Below are positions 39,037 to 47,261 of a stretch of DNA of 64,000 nucleotides, one piece after another. The stretch is from Eubacteriales bacterium (GTDB taxonomy: Bacteria; Bacillota; Clostridia; Oscillospirales; CAG-272), in contig JAZRFY010000017.1 of assembly GCA_045643885.1 (NCBI GenBank), positions 7,060 to 71,059 of the forward strand, given 5' to 3'. Within the stretch, counting starts at the first letter, position 1; each line of letters opens with the position of its first letter. A program made the translations under genes and the position numbers. Below the pieces are notes generated by a model. The model saw only the letters and a program-made list of their open reading frames with translations, made no database searches and was not told the origin of the DNA.

Positions 39037-41259
39037 ATGGTTATTTACGAAAAGGGCAATCTCAGAATAAGTCTTATAACTCCAAGACTTTTGAGAACCG
39101 AAAAGGGTGCTTTTACCGATCTTCCCACGCAAACCGTGCAAAATAGAGATTTTGAAGAGGTGAAATATACACTCGAAGAAAACGGTGATAAGATAACGGT
39201 AGATACCGGCAGAGTATTTTTCTATATAGACGCCAAAACCGGAAACGTTGAGGCAATTTTTGGACATTTTAAAACAAAATTTGCGCACAAGCCGCTTCCC
39301 GGCACTGCCAGAACGCTTGATACTGTAAACGGAGCAACAAGACTTAATGACGGAATTACCTCCCGTTACGGCGCTTCGGTAATGGACGATAGCAAGAGCC
39401 TTGTTATCCACCCCGACGGCAACGTTTTGCCAAGAGAAAAGAGCAAGGATAGATATTGGTTCGTGTATGGACACAGTTATCTTGAGCAGTTAAGAGATTT
39501 CTTTAAGCTCACGGGTGAGGTTCCTCTTATTCCAAAGTTTGCACTTGGCAACTGGTGGAGCAGATACAGAGCGTATACTCAAGAGGAATATCGCACACTC
39601 ATGCAAAAATTTATCGATAAGGAGATACCGATAACCGTCGCTACCATCGATATGGACTGGCATTGGACTGACGTTATCTCAAGATTTGGTGAAGAGGCGC
39701 GTTCAAACAAGCCAAGATGCATTGAAGAGGCGCTTTATTACTATCTTCTTCAAGGTTGGACGGGATATTCCTGGAATACCGAGCTTTTCCCCGACCACAA
39801 GGAGCTTCTTTCATGGTTGCACGAAAACGGATTTAAGGTTCCGCTCAACGTTCATCCTTCGCAGGGTGTGAGATTCTTTGAGGATCAGTATGTTGCGATG
39901 TGCAAAAGACTTGGAAAAGATCCAAAAAAGAAGGAGATAATTCCGTTTGACATAACGGATGCAGAATTCAGAAGGGCATATTTTGAAATATTGCACCGAC
40001 CTCTTGAAAACGAGGGCGTTGACTTCTGGTGGCTTGACTGGCAGCAGGGAACAAAGACCAATACCAAGGGACTTGATCCATTGTGGGCACTCAATCACTA
40101 CCACACGATTGATTCCAAGAGAGAAAACAAGCGTCCGTTGATTCTTTCAAGATATGCAGGACTTGGAAGTCACCGTTATCCTCTTGGATTTTCAGGCGAT
40201 ACCATCGTCAGCTGGAAGAGTCTTGATTTCCAGCCCTATTTCACAAGCTGTGCTTCAAATGCAGGCTATACCTGGTGGAGCCACGATATAGGCGGTCACA
40301 CAGGAGGAGTTCAGGACGACGAGCTTTACCTTCGTTGGCTTCAGCTCGGTGTGTTCAGTCCCGTTAACAGACTCCACTCTTCAAACTCCGACTTTATGGG
40401 TAAGGAGCCTTGGAAGAGAAGCTGGGCAGTAAATAAGATATCCGAGGATTTCTTGCGACTTCGTCACAAGCTTATTCCTTATACGTACACGGCAAACTAT
40501 CACACTCATAAATACGGCGAGCCGATTTGCATGCCCATGTATTATAAATATGATGAAAAAGAAGCTTATGAGGTGAAAAATCAGTATATCTTTGGTGGTC
40601 AGTTGATTGTTTGTCCGATAACATCTAAGATGGATAAAAGACTCAATCTTTCATCCGTCGACGTTTGGTTGCCCGAGGGAAGATGGACCGATATATTTAA
40701 CGGAAGATCCTATGAGGGTGGCAAAATGGTGAGAATGTATCGCGATCTTGATTCAATTCCCGTTCTTGCTTGTGAGGGAGCTATCGTGCCGATGTATGCA
40801 AATGACAGAAGTAATGATCTTTCTCTTGATCAGCCCATTGAAATACACATCTGGCACGGCAATGGTCATTATGAAATGTATGACGATGACGGAGAGACCT
40901 GCGATTTTGAAAAGGGCATCTTTGCAATAACGAGGTTTGACGTTGCAAGCGAGGGTGACTCTTTGAAGGTGACGATTACTCCAAATGATAACGGAGTATT
41001 CGCAAAGGCAAGAAAAATGGTTTTGAAATTCAGAGATATCGAAGCGGATGACATTGAGATCACTCTTGAAAACGAGCCTGTTGCCGTTGAAATAGCAAAG
41101 GTTGCTCTTTGTAAGAACGAAAGCATTGAGGAGCTTAAAAATGAGATACTCACAAGAGCACAGGGCTCTAACAACGTAAAGGGAAGCACCTTTAATAATG
41201 GCAAATATCCAAGACACATCCTTGACGCAATCAAGGAGCTTGATGCACTTGTAAAATAG
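39037..41259 (+). CDS. GH31 alpha-glycosidase (subgroup including alpha-1,3-glucosidases)
   Basis: LGNWWSRY, IDMDWH, GWTGYSWN, DFWWLDWQQG nucleophile motif, GFSGD, WSHDIGG; no signal peptide. Confidence 0.9.
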   Translation: MVIYEKGNLRISLITPRLLRTEKGAFTDLPTQTVQNRDFEEVKYTLEENGDKITVDTGRVFFYIDAKTGNVEAIFGHFKTKFAHKPLPGTARTLDTVNGATRLNDGITSRYGASVMDDSKSLVIHPDGNVLPREKSKDRYWFVYGHSYLEQLRDFFKLTGEVPLIPKFALGNWWSRYRAYTQEEYRTLMQKFIDKEIPITVATIDMDWHWTDVISRFGEEARSNKPRCIEEALYYYLLQGWTGYSWNTELFPDHKELLSWLHENGFKVPLNVHPSQGVRFFEDQYVAMCKRLGKDPKKKEIIPFDITDAEFRRAYFEILHRPLENEGVDFWWLDWQQGTKTNTKGLDPLWALNHYHTIDSKRENKRPLILSRYAGLGSHRYPLGFSGDTIVSWKSLDFQPYFTSCASNAGYTWWSHDIGGHTGGVQDDELYLRWLQLGVFSPVNRLHSSNSDFMGKEPWKRSWAVNKISEDFLRLRHKLIPYTYTANYHTHKYGEPICMPMYYKYDEKEAYEVKNQYIFGGQLIVCPITSKMDKRLNLSSVDVWLPEGRWTDIFNGRSYEGGKMVRMYRDLDSIPVLACEGAIVPMYANDRSNDLSLDQPIEIHIWHGNGHYEMYDDDGETCDFEKGIFAITRFDVASEGDSLKVTITPNDNGVFAKARKMVLKFRDIEADDIEITLENEPVAVEIAKVALCKNESIEELKNEILTRAQGSNNVKGSTFNNGKYPRHILDAIKELDALVK

Positions 41260-41338
41260 GCATATACTCATAAATTGTTGACTTTTGTAACAACATATGA
41301 TATCATTGAATCACAAATTATAGAAAAGGAGAAATATT

Positions 41339-42100
41339 ATGGAATTCTCACTTAACAGTCCGATTATCTTTGCACTCGTTGCAGTGATACTCGCTGTAGT
41401 TGTAGCTCAGTCCGTGTTCTTTCTTGTAAAGGCTTATAAGAGAGGTCGTGAATTGGGCATTGAAAAATCAGTATTGAACGATACTATTAAAAGATCTGCT
41501 ATTTTTACAATAGCACCTGCTGTTGCTATCTTTATGGGTGTTGTATCACTTGTAAAGATGCTTGGCGTTGCACTTCCTTGGTTAAGACTTTCTATTATCG
41601 GCGCACTTACATACGAATTGCCCGCAGCCGAGCAGGCACTTGCTGCTCTCGGTGTTGATGCAGTTACAGATGCAAAGCAGTATACAACGGTTGCATTCGT
41701 TATGACATTCGGTATTGCAGCAAGCCTTATCGTTGCTCCCATTACATGTAAGATGATCAGTGGTGGTATGATGAAGATTAAGGATAAGGACAAAAAGTGG
41801 ATGGACTACCTTATGACAAGTATGTTCGTTGGTATGCTTTCTACCTTCCTTGGCTATATCGTTTGTGATCTTGGCTTGGTATTTGAAAAGGTGGACGGTG
41901 TTAAGACACTTGTTTTCCACTATCAGATTGAGCATTGGATTCCCGTGTTTGTTCTTATAGTTTCTGCATCACTTATGGCTATTTGTGGCCTTCTTCTTAA
42001 GAAATTCAAATGGAAATGGCTTAATGACTATGCGCTTCCCATCTCCATGATAGGCAGTATGGCATTGGCTATCCCGATTTCTATACTTATTTTGGAATAA
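41339..42100 (+). CDS. DUF5058-family membrane protein
   Basis: QSVFFLVKAYKRG.ELG, PWLRLSIIGAL.YE.PAA, W...YALP.SM..SM. Confidence 0.8.
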   Translation: MEFSLNSPIIFALVAVILAVVVAQSVFFLVKAYKRGRELGIEKSVLNDTIKRSAIFTIAPAVAIFMGVVSLVKMLGVALPWLRLSIIGALTYELPAAEQALAALGVDAVTDAKQYTTVAFVMTFGIAASLIVAPITCKMISGGMMKIKDKDKKWMDYLMTSMFVGMLSTFLGYIVCDLGLVFEKVDGVKTLVFHYQIEHWIPVFVLIVSASLMAICGLLLKKFKWKWLNDYALPISMIGSMALAIPISILILE

Positions 42101-42112
42101 GGAGGTAACGGT

Positions 42113-42784
42113 ATGAATTATATTGATAAAATGCATAAATGGGGAAGAACCTGGGCACTTGTTACTTGCACCATGATCTTTGCTTTCCCCTTTGCTTTGG
42201 CTATTATTTTTAATGCATGGCCCGACCTCGGCGTATTCTTCAAGGGACTTTTTGGTGTTGCATTTACCTTCTGGCCAGTTGGCATTATTGAAGTTCTTAC
42301 ATACACACCCATGCTTGGTGTTGGTGGTACTTATCTTAGCTTTGTTACAGGCAACCTTACTTCTCTTAAGGTTCCTTGCGCTCTTGATGCGATGGAAAAG
42401 GCAGAGGTTAAGGCAGATAGTGACGAGGGTGAGGTTATTTCCACGATTGCTATCGCAACTTCTTCAATTATGACTATAATCGTTATCCTTATTGGTGTAA
42501 TTATGATCTTCCCCTTACTTAGATTTATCGAAAGCTTCCCTCAGATGAATTACGCCTTCGACAACGTTCTTCCCGCACTTTTTGGTGGACTTGGCGTTGT
42601 TTACTTGTCAAGATATTTCAAGATAGCGATCTTGCCCGTATCCATCATGCTTCTTTTGTTCGTTTTCGTGCCTTATCTCGATTCAGGAATGGTAGGTATC
42701 ATGATTCCCGTAAGCATGTTGATTACTCTTGCTTACTCAAGAGTTCTCTACAATAAAGAGAGAAGAGCAAACGGAGAGATATAA
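42113..42784 (+). CDS. Uncharacterised membrane protein, partner of DUF5058
   Basis: Multi-TM; E..TY.PMLG.GGTYLSFVTGNL..LKVPCA, VLPALFGGL; AAGGAGG RBS. Confidence 0.75.
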   Translation: MNYIDKMHKWGRTWALVTCTMIFAFPFALAIIFNAWPDLGVFFKGLFGVAFTFWPVGIIEVLTYTPMLGVGGTYLSFVTGNLTSLKVPCALDAMEKAEVKADSDEGEVISTIAIATSSIMTIIVILIGVIMIFPLLRFIESFPQMNYAFDNVLPALFGGLGVVYLSRYFKIAILPVSIMLLLFVFVPYLDSGMVGIMIPVSMLITLAYSRVLYNKERRANGEI

Positions 42785-44220
42785 TGATAGCTTTATATAT
42801 TGTTTTAGGCATTGTCGTTTTGCTTCTTGGCATAGCAGTCGTTAAGGCCTTGACCTTCGTTCCTTATAAGGAAGAGAAGATCGAGGTCAAGGAAGTAAGC
42901 GTTGACGTTGACAAGGCGGCAAATGCTCTTTCTGAAATGATAAAATGCAAGACTATCTCTCACAGAGATAGATCCTGCGAGGATGATGCGGAATTTGAGC
43001 GCTTTATCGAGCTTTTGCCCGTACTCTTTCCCCTTATTCACAAAAATTGCACTCGCGAGCTTGTGGGTGACAGAGCTGTTCTTTATAGACTTTGTGGTAA
43101 ATCCTCTGAAAAGCCCACCGTTTTGACTGCACATTACGACGTTGTTGACGTGGACGAGGAAAACTGGAGCAGAGCGCCGTTTTCGGGTGACATTGAGGAC
43201 GGTACAGTATGGGGAAGAGGCTCTTTGGACACAAAGGTAACTCTCAATGCTGCAATGCAGGCACTTGAGGCTCTTCTTGAAAAGGGATTCGTTCCCGAAA
43301 ACGATATCTATCTTGCCTTTTCAGGTAACGAGGAGATTAACGGAGAGGGACAACCCGAAATCATCAAGCTCTTCAAGGAAAGAAATATTGATCCCGCCTT
43401 GGTTCTTGACGAGGGTGGAGCAGTTGTAAATCACGTTTTCCCAGGTGTTCATACTCCCTGTGCTCTTATCGGCATTGCTGAAAAGGGAATGCTCAACGTT
43501 GAACTCAGATTCACAGGTAAGGGAGGACATGCATCATCTCCCAAGCCCCATACTCCCATAGGCAGACTCAGTGCAGCTTGTCTGAACATTGAAAATCATC
43601 CCTTTAAATATACTCTTTCCACTGCGGCGGCAAAGATGTTTGATACACTTGCAAGACATTCAACCTTTGCATATAAGCTCATTTTTGCTAATCTTTGGCT
43701 CTTTGGACCTGTGCTTTCCCTTATCGGCAAGCTCAGTGGAGGTGAGCTTAATGCTCTTATAAGAACCACATGCTCATTCACTCAGATGGAAGGCTCAAAG
43801 GGAATAAACGTTATTCCTCCCAATGCTACAATGTGTGCAAACCTTCGTTTGATCCCCGGTGAAACCAAGGAGAGCGCAGAGGCATACCTTCGCAAGCAGA
43901 TAAAGGATAAGGATATTCAGCTTACAGTTTTAGAGGGTGAAAATCCTTCCCCCATCTCAGTTGTTGGCGGTGAAGCTTGGAAAAAGATATCCGATGCAGT
44001 TAAGGGCACATGGAAGGATACCCTGGTGTCCCCATACCTTATGTTTGCTTGCTCTGACGCAAAGCATTGGAGCAGAATCTGTGATAAGGTATACCGTTTC
44101 TCTGCAATGGCTCTTACTAACGAAGAAAGAGCAAGTATTCACGGAAACGATGAAAAGATAACTCTTGACGGAATCAAAAAGAGCGTTGAGTTTTATACAA
44201 GACTTATTGAAAAATGCTAA
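42784..44220 (+). CDS. M20-family peptidase/amidohydrolase (carboxypeptidase S / PM20D1-like) with N-terminal anchor
   Basis: AHYDVV, WGRGSLDTK, NEE, LDEGG, GGHASSP, IHGNDE; TAATG coupling. Confidence 0.9.
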   Translation: MIALYIVLGIVVLLLGIAVVKALTFVPYKEEKIEVKEVSVDVDKAANALSEMIKCKTISHRDRSCEDDAEFERFIELLPVLFPLIHKNCTRELVGDRAVLYRLCGKSSEKPTVLTAHYDVVDVDEENWSRAPFSGDIEDGTVWGRGSLDTKVTLNAAMQALEALLEKGFVPENDIYLAFSGNEEINGEGQPEIIKLFKERNIDPALVLDEGGAVVNHVFPGVHTPCALIGIAEKGMLNVELRFTGKGGHASSPKPHTPIGRLSAACLNIENHPFKYTLSTAAAKMFDTLARHSTFAYKLIFANLWLFGPVLSLIGKLSGGELNALIRTTCSFTQMEGSKGINVIPPNATMCANLRLIPGETKESAEAYLRKQIKDKDIQLTVLEGENPSPISVVGGEAWKKISDAVKGTWKDTLVSPYLMFACSDAKHWSRICDKVYRFSAMALTNEERASIHGNDEKITLDGIKKSVEFYTRLIEKC

Positions 44221-44225
44221 AAAAT

Positions 44226-44255
44226 CGGCTATTCCTTTTGGATAAGGAATAGCCG
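44226..44255. terminator. Hairpin terminator between convergent genes
   Basis: CGGCTATTCCTT-ttggat-AAGGAATAGCCG. Confidence 0.75.
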
Positions 44256-44261
44256 TTATTT

Positions 44262-45461
44262 TTATTTATTTTTGTTTCGCAATTCGTAGAATCTCTTGAC
44301 CATATTAACAAACTTCTGAGCGAGCTTGCCGTCGTCAAGCACGCAACGGTAGGTCGTTTTACCGTTTTGAATTTCAATTCTGCATCCAGGCTTGAAGGGA
44401 ATGGATGCAAACGAGGTAAGGGGTACTTCGATATACGCAGCCTCGCCGTTTATTGTGCCGTCGATGATGAATTTATCTTGGTTAAGAGTAATTTTTGCTC
44501 TGCCGACGTCAAGGTATTTCTTTTTGTTAAAGTCTATCGTCTGGATGGTCGCATTTGATGAAAGCTCTGAGAGGGAGCCGTCTTCAATGCTTTCTCCCAC
44601 CTTGCTATAAACCATACGTGCCCAGTCGGAAACGTATATTATCTCCTCATTTGTACTGCCGGAATTGTGCAAGAAGCCGTATTCGTCGGATGTGTGTGCA
44701 AATCCACACTCGGTACAGTAAAGAGTGTTTTTATCCTTTGATCTGATAGTAAACTCTTTTTTACAGTGAGGGCATATGTAAAGAACGTTTTCAAGTCCTT
44801 CAACGTTGTCGCCGTTCTTGTATTTAACGCGTGCCTGCTCCTGCTCTCTGTACGCATCAAAGAGAAGCGCATTTTTAACAAGCTCTTCAACCTTTTCTAC
44901 GGGCATATTGGGAAGCTCAGCTCTATCGATAAGCTTATAAACGTCCATATAAGTTCTACCTGGACGCATTTTTCCACTCCACTTGGGAGTACAGAAATAA
45001 GTTCCCGCAGTTCTTGCCACAAAGATATCTGCGTCAAGTCTTTGCAAGAATGCATAGGTCGATGAGGGGATGGGCGTTGAAAGGCCGTCCTCACACATAA
45101 GACCTGCAGGATAAATCATAAGAATTTTATTTTCCTTTATCGTAGAACGCATTTTGATAACGTCCTTGATAGAGGTCTGAAACTGTTGCTTAGGAATAAC
45201 TCCCACCTTGTCCATTAGTCCTCTGAAGGGGAGGGTATTATAGAATGAGTCGCTCACAACAAAGGTCATAGGACGCTTGGTTGCGCTAACGAGAGTGGTA
45301 AAATCAAGGGCAGCCTGATGATTGCCTATAAGTACGATAGGGCCTTCGGCATTCTCTATTTCATTGCGAATGAATTTCCTTTTGAAAACGAATGAGGAAA
45401 CAACACCCGCAAGCGCCTTAGCAACTCCGTAAACGAGCATATTCTGCTTAGCTTTAGCCAT
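44262..45461 (-). CDS. PlsC-like lysophospholipid acyltransferase with C-terminal zinc ribbon
   Basis: NHQAALD (HxxxxD), IYPAG, CPHC..CTECG. Confidence 0.82.
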   Translation of the reverse strand: MAKAKQNMLVYGVAKALAGVVSSFVFKRKFIRNEIENAEGPIVLIGNHQAALDFTTLVSATKRPMTFVVSDSFYNTLPFRGLMDKVGVIPKQQFQTSIKDVIKMRSTIKENKILMIYPAGLMCEDGLSTPIPSSTYAFLQRLDADIFVARTAGTYFCTPKWSGKMRPGRTYMDVYKLIDRAELPNMPVEKVEELVKNALLFDAYREQEQARVKYKNGDNVEGLENVLYICPHCKKEFTIRSKDKNTLYCTECGFAHTSDEYGFLHNSGSTNEEIIYVSDWARMVYSKVGESIEDGSLSELSSNATIQTIDFNKKKYLDVGRAKITLNQDKFIIDGTINGEAAYIEVPLTSFASIPFKPGCRIEIQNGKTTYRCVLDDGKLAQKFVNMVKRFYELRNKNK

Positions 45462-45832
45462 AATTATCTCTTTCTATTCGGGGATTTTGATAATATATGT
45501 ATATTTATCGATAATATTTTAACACAAAATCGCGCTCGTTTCAATCCTTTATTTTTAAAAATAACAAAATTTTTCAAATTTGTGTATAAAAAGCCAATAA
45601 TTGACCTTCTACAACGCCCAAGATTTTACAAAAACATTGTGCATATTGCATATATTTAGATATATAAACATTGAGAAATGTGTACAAAATAATTACCGTT
45701 TATGCTACATAAATGCAATTTGTGAAAACTACTTTTTTATTGGTAAATTTTATGATAATATATATTAAAAGATTGATAATTAATACACATACTGAATAAA
45801 TATTCGAATACAAGCAAATTACGGAGGACTTT

Positions 45833-46396
45833 ATGAATAAAATCAAGCAGATGTGGAATGATTTTGCAGATAAAAATCCCAAAATTGCTCAGTGGGCAAG
45901 AGAAGGAGGACTTTTCTTCCTTGTAAGTAACCTTATAACCATCATAAGAGGCCTCCTTGTTTCACTTTTGCAGCCTGCTTTTGGATTTTTGGGAAGTGCA
46001 GCAATCGGATTTCCCGATTTACAAATGAATATTTTGGGAATTGAGTTTTCCTGGTATATCATCGGTGCTAACGAAGAGCAGGGTGGTGTAGCTTATTTCA
46101 CAGCGTTTTTGATTGCTTTGTGGGTATGTGAAATCATCAACTTCTTTATGCAAAGAAAATTCGTTTTTAGAAGCAACGGAAATATCGGTCGTCAAGCGGC
46201 ACTCTATTTCCTTGCATTTACAGTTGTAACGTGCGTGGTAAATGCCATCAGCAATCTTTGGATTGGTGTTGCAAGCAATTTTGTTAGTCCCATCATCTAT
46301 AACCTCGTAACGACATTTATAACAGGTGGTGTTGCAATGGTGGTATTCTTCTTTGCAAACAGATTCATCTTCAAGGAATCCGACAAAAAGAATTAA
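45833..46396 (+). CDS. GtrA-like membrane protein
   Basis: About four TM helices, INFFMQRKFVFRS, FFFANRFIFK. Confidence 0.7.
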   Translation: MNKIKQMWNDFADKNPKIAQWAREGGLFFLVSNLITIIRGLLVSLLQPAFGFLGSAAIGFPDLQMNILGIEFSWYIIGANEEQGGVAYFTAFLIALWVCEIINFFMQRKFVFRSNGNIGRQAALYFLAFTVVTCVVNAISNLWIGVASNFVSPIIYNLVTTFITGGVAMVVFFFANRFIFKESDKKN

Positions 46397-46420
46397 AATT
46401 TTTATTAAAGGATAAACACA

Positions 46421-47209
46421 TTGAAAAAAGTATTTAAAAAAACGTTAATCAGCAGTACAAGAGTCATCTTGCTTTTGATTGTCATATTAGTTCTTACGGT
46501 TTCGTGCAGAGTGCACGCTCCGTCTATGGGTGGTGGAAATATAAGACCCTCTGACAAGATAGAAAACAGACTGACTTCCGATGAATACAAGATAGCGACC
46601 TTCGAAAACGGATCTCCAAATGGATTTCATTGGAGAAACGACAGAGGAAACGGATATCCCTTTAACTGTGAGTTCCGTGGCTCCAACATCTCTTTTGAAA
46701 ACGGAGTGATGAAGCTGATATTAAATAAGGTCGAAAATAAATATATCGGTGCCGAATACAGAACGAATGCAAAGCTTTCATACGGATATTATTCAGTTTC
46801 GATGAAGGCTGCAAAGTGCCCCGGCGTTATCTCCTCATTTTTTACGTACACCTGGGGACCCTGGGATGAAATCGACATCGAGTTTCTTGGTAACAACACA
46901 ACGATAGTGCAATTCAATTATTACACAAACGGTGTTGGAGGCCACGAATATTACTATGAGCTTGGCTTTGACGCGTCCGAGGATTTTCACGAATACGGCT
47001 TTGATTGGCAAGAGGACTCGATAACCTGGTACGTTGACGGTGTTGCAGTATACCGTGCGACAGAGGATATTCCTTCAGCTCCCGGTCATATTATGATGAA
47101 CCTTTGGAATGTAAACGAGGCTGTTTCGGAATGGGCAGGCAGATTTGATGAAACTCAGCTTCCCGTACAGTCCGAATATGAATGGATAGGATATCAAAGC
47201 GTTGAATAA
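46421..47209 (+). CDS. GH16 beta-1,3-1,4-glucanase (lichenase-like) lipoprotein
   Basis: TTG start, lipobox TVSC, YGYYSVSMK, GVISSFFTY, WDEIDIEFLG, LGFDAS.DFH.Y, MMNLW. Confidence 0.9.
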   Translation: MKKVFKKTLISSTRVILLLIVILVLTVSCRVHAPSMGGGNIRPSDKIENRLTSDEYKIATFENGSPNGFHWRNDRGNGYPFNCEFRGSNISFENGVMKLILNKVENKYIGAEYRTNAKLSYGYYSVSMKAAKCPGVISSFFTYTWGPWDEIDIEFLGNNTTIVQFNYYTNGVGGHEYYYELGFDASEDFHEYGFDWQEDSITWYVDGVAVYRATEDIPSAPGHIMMNLWNVNEAVSEWAGRFDETQLPVQSEYEWIGYQSVE

Positions 47210-47261
47210 AAGAACGCTTAGGATATATATAAAATTATTTTTTTAAATATAGGAGGAAACT

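Noticed and set aside
45694-45725. Possible LytTR direct-repeat site (TACCGTTTATGC / TGCAATTTGTGA)
   Set aside because: Only 7 of 12 identical with a 20-bp period in AT-rich DNA; too weak.
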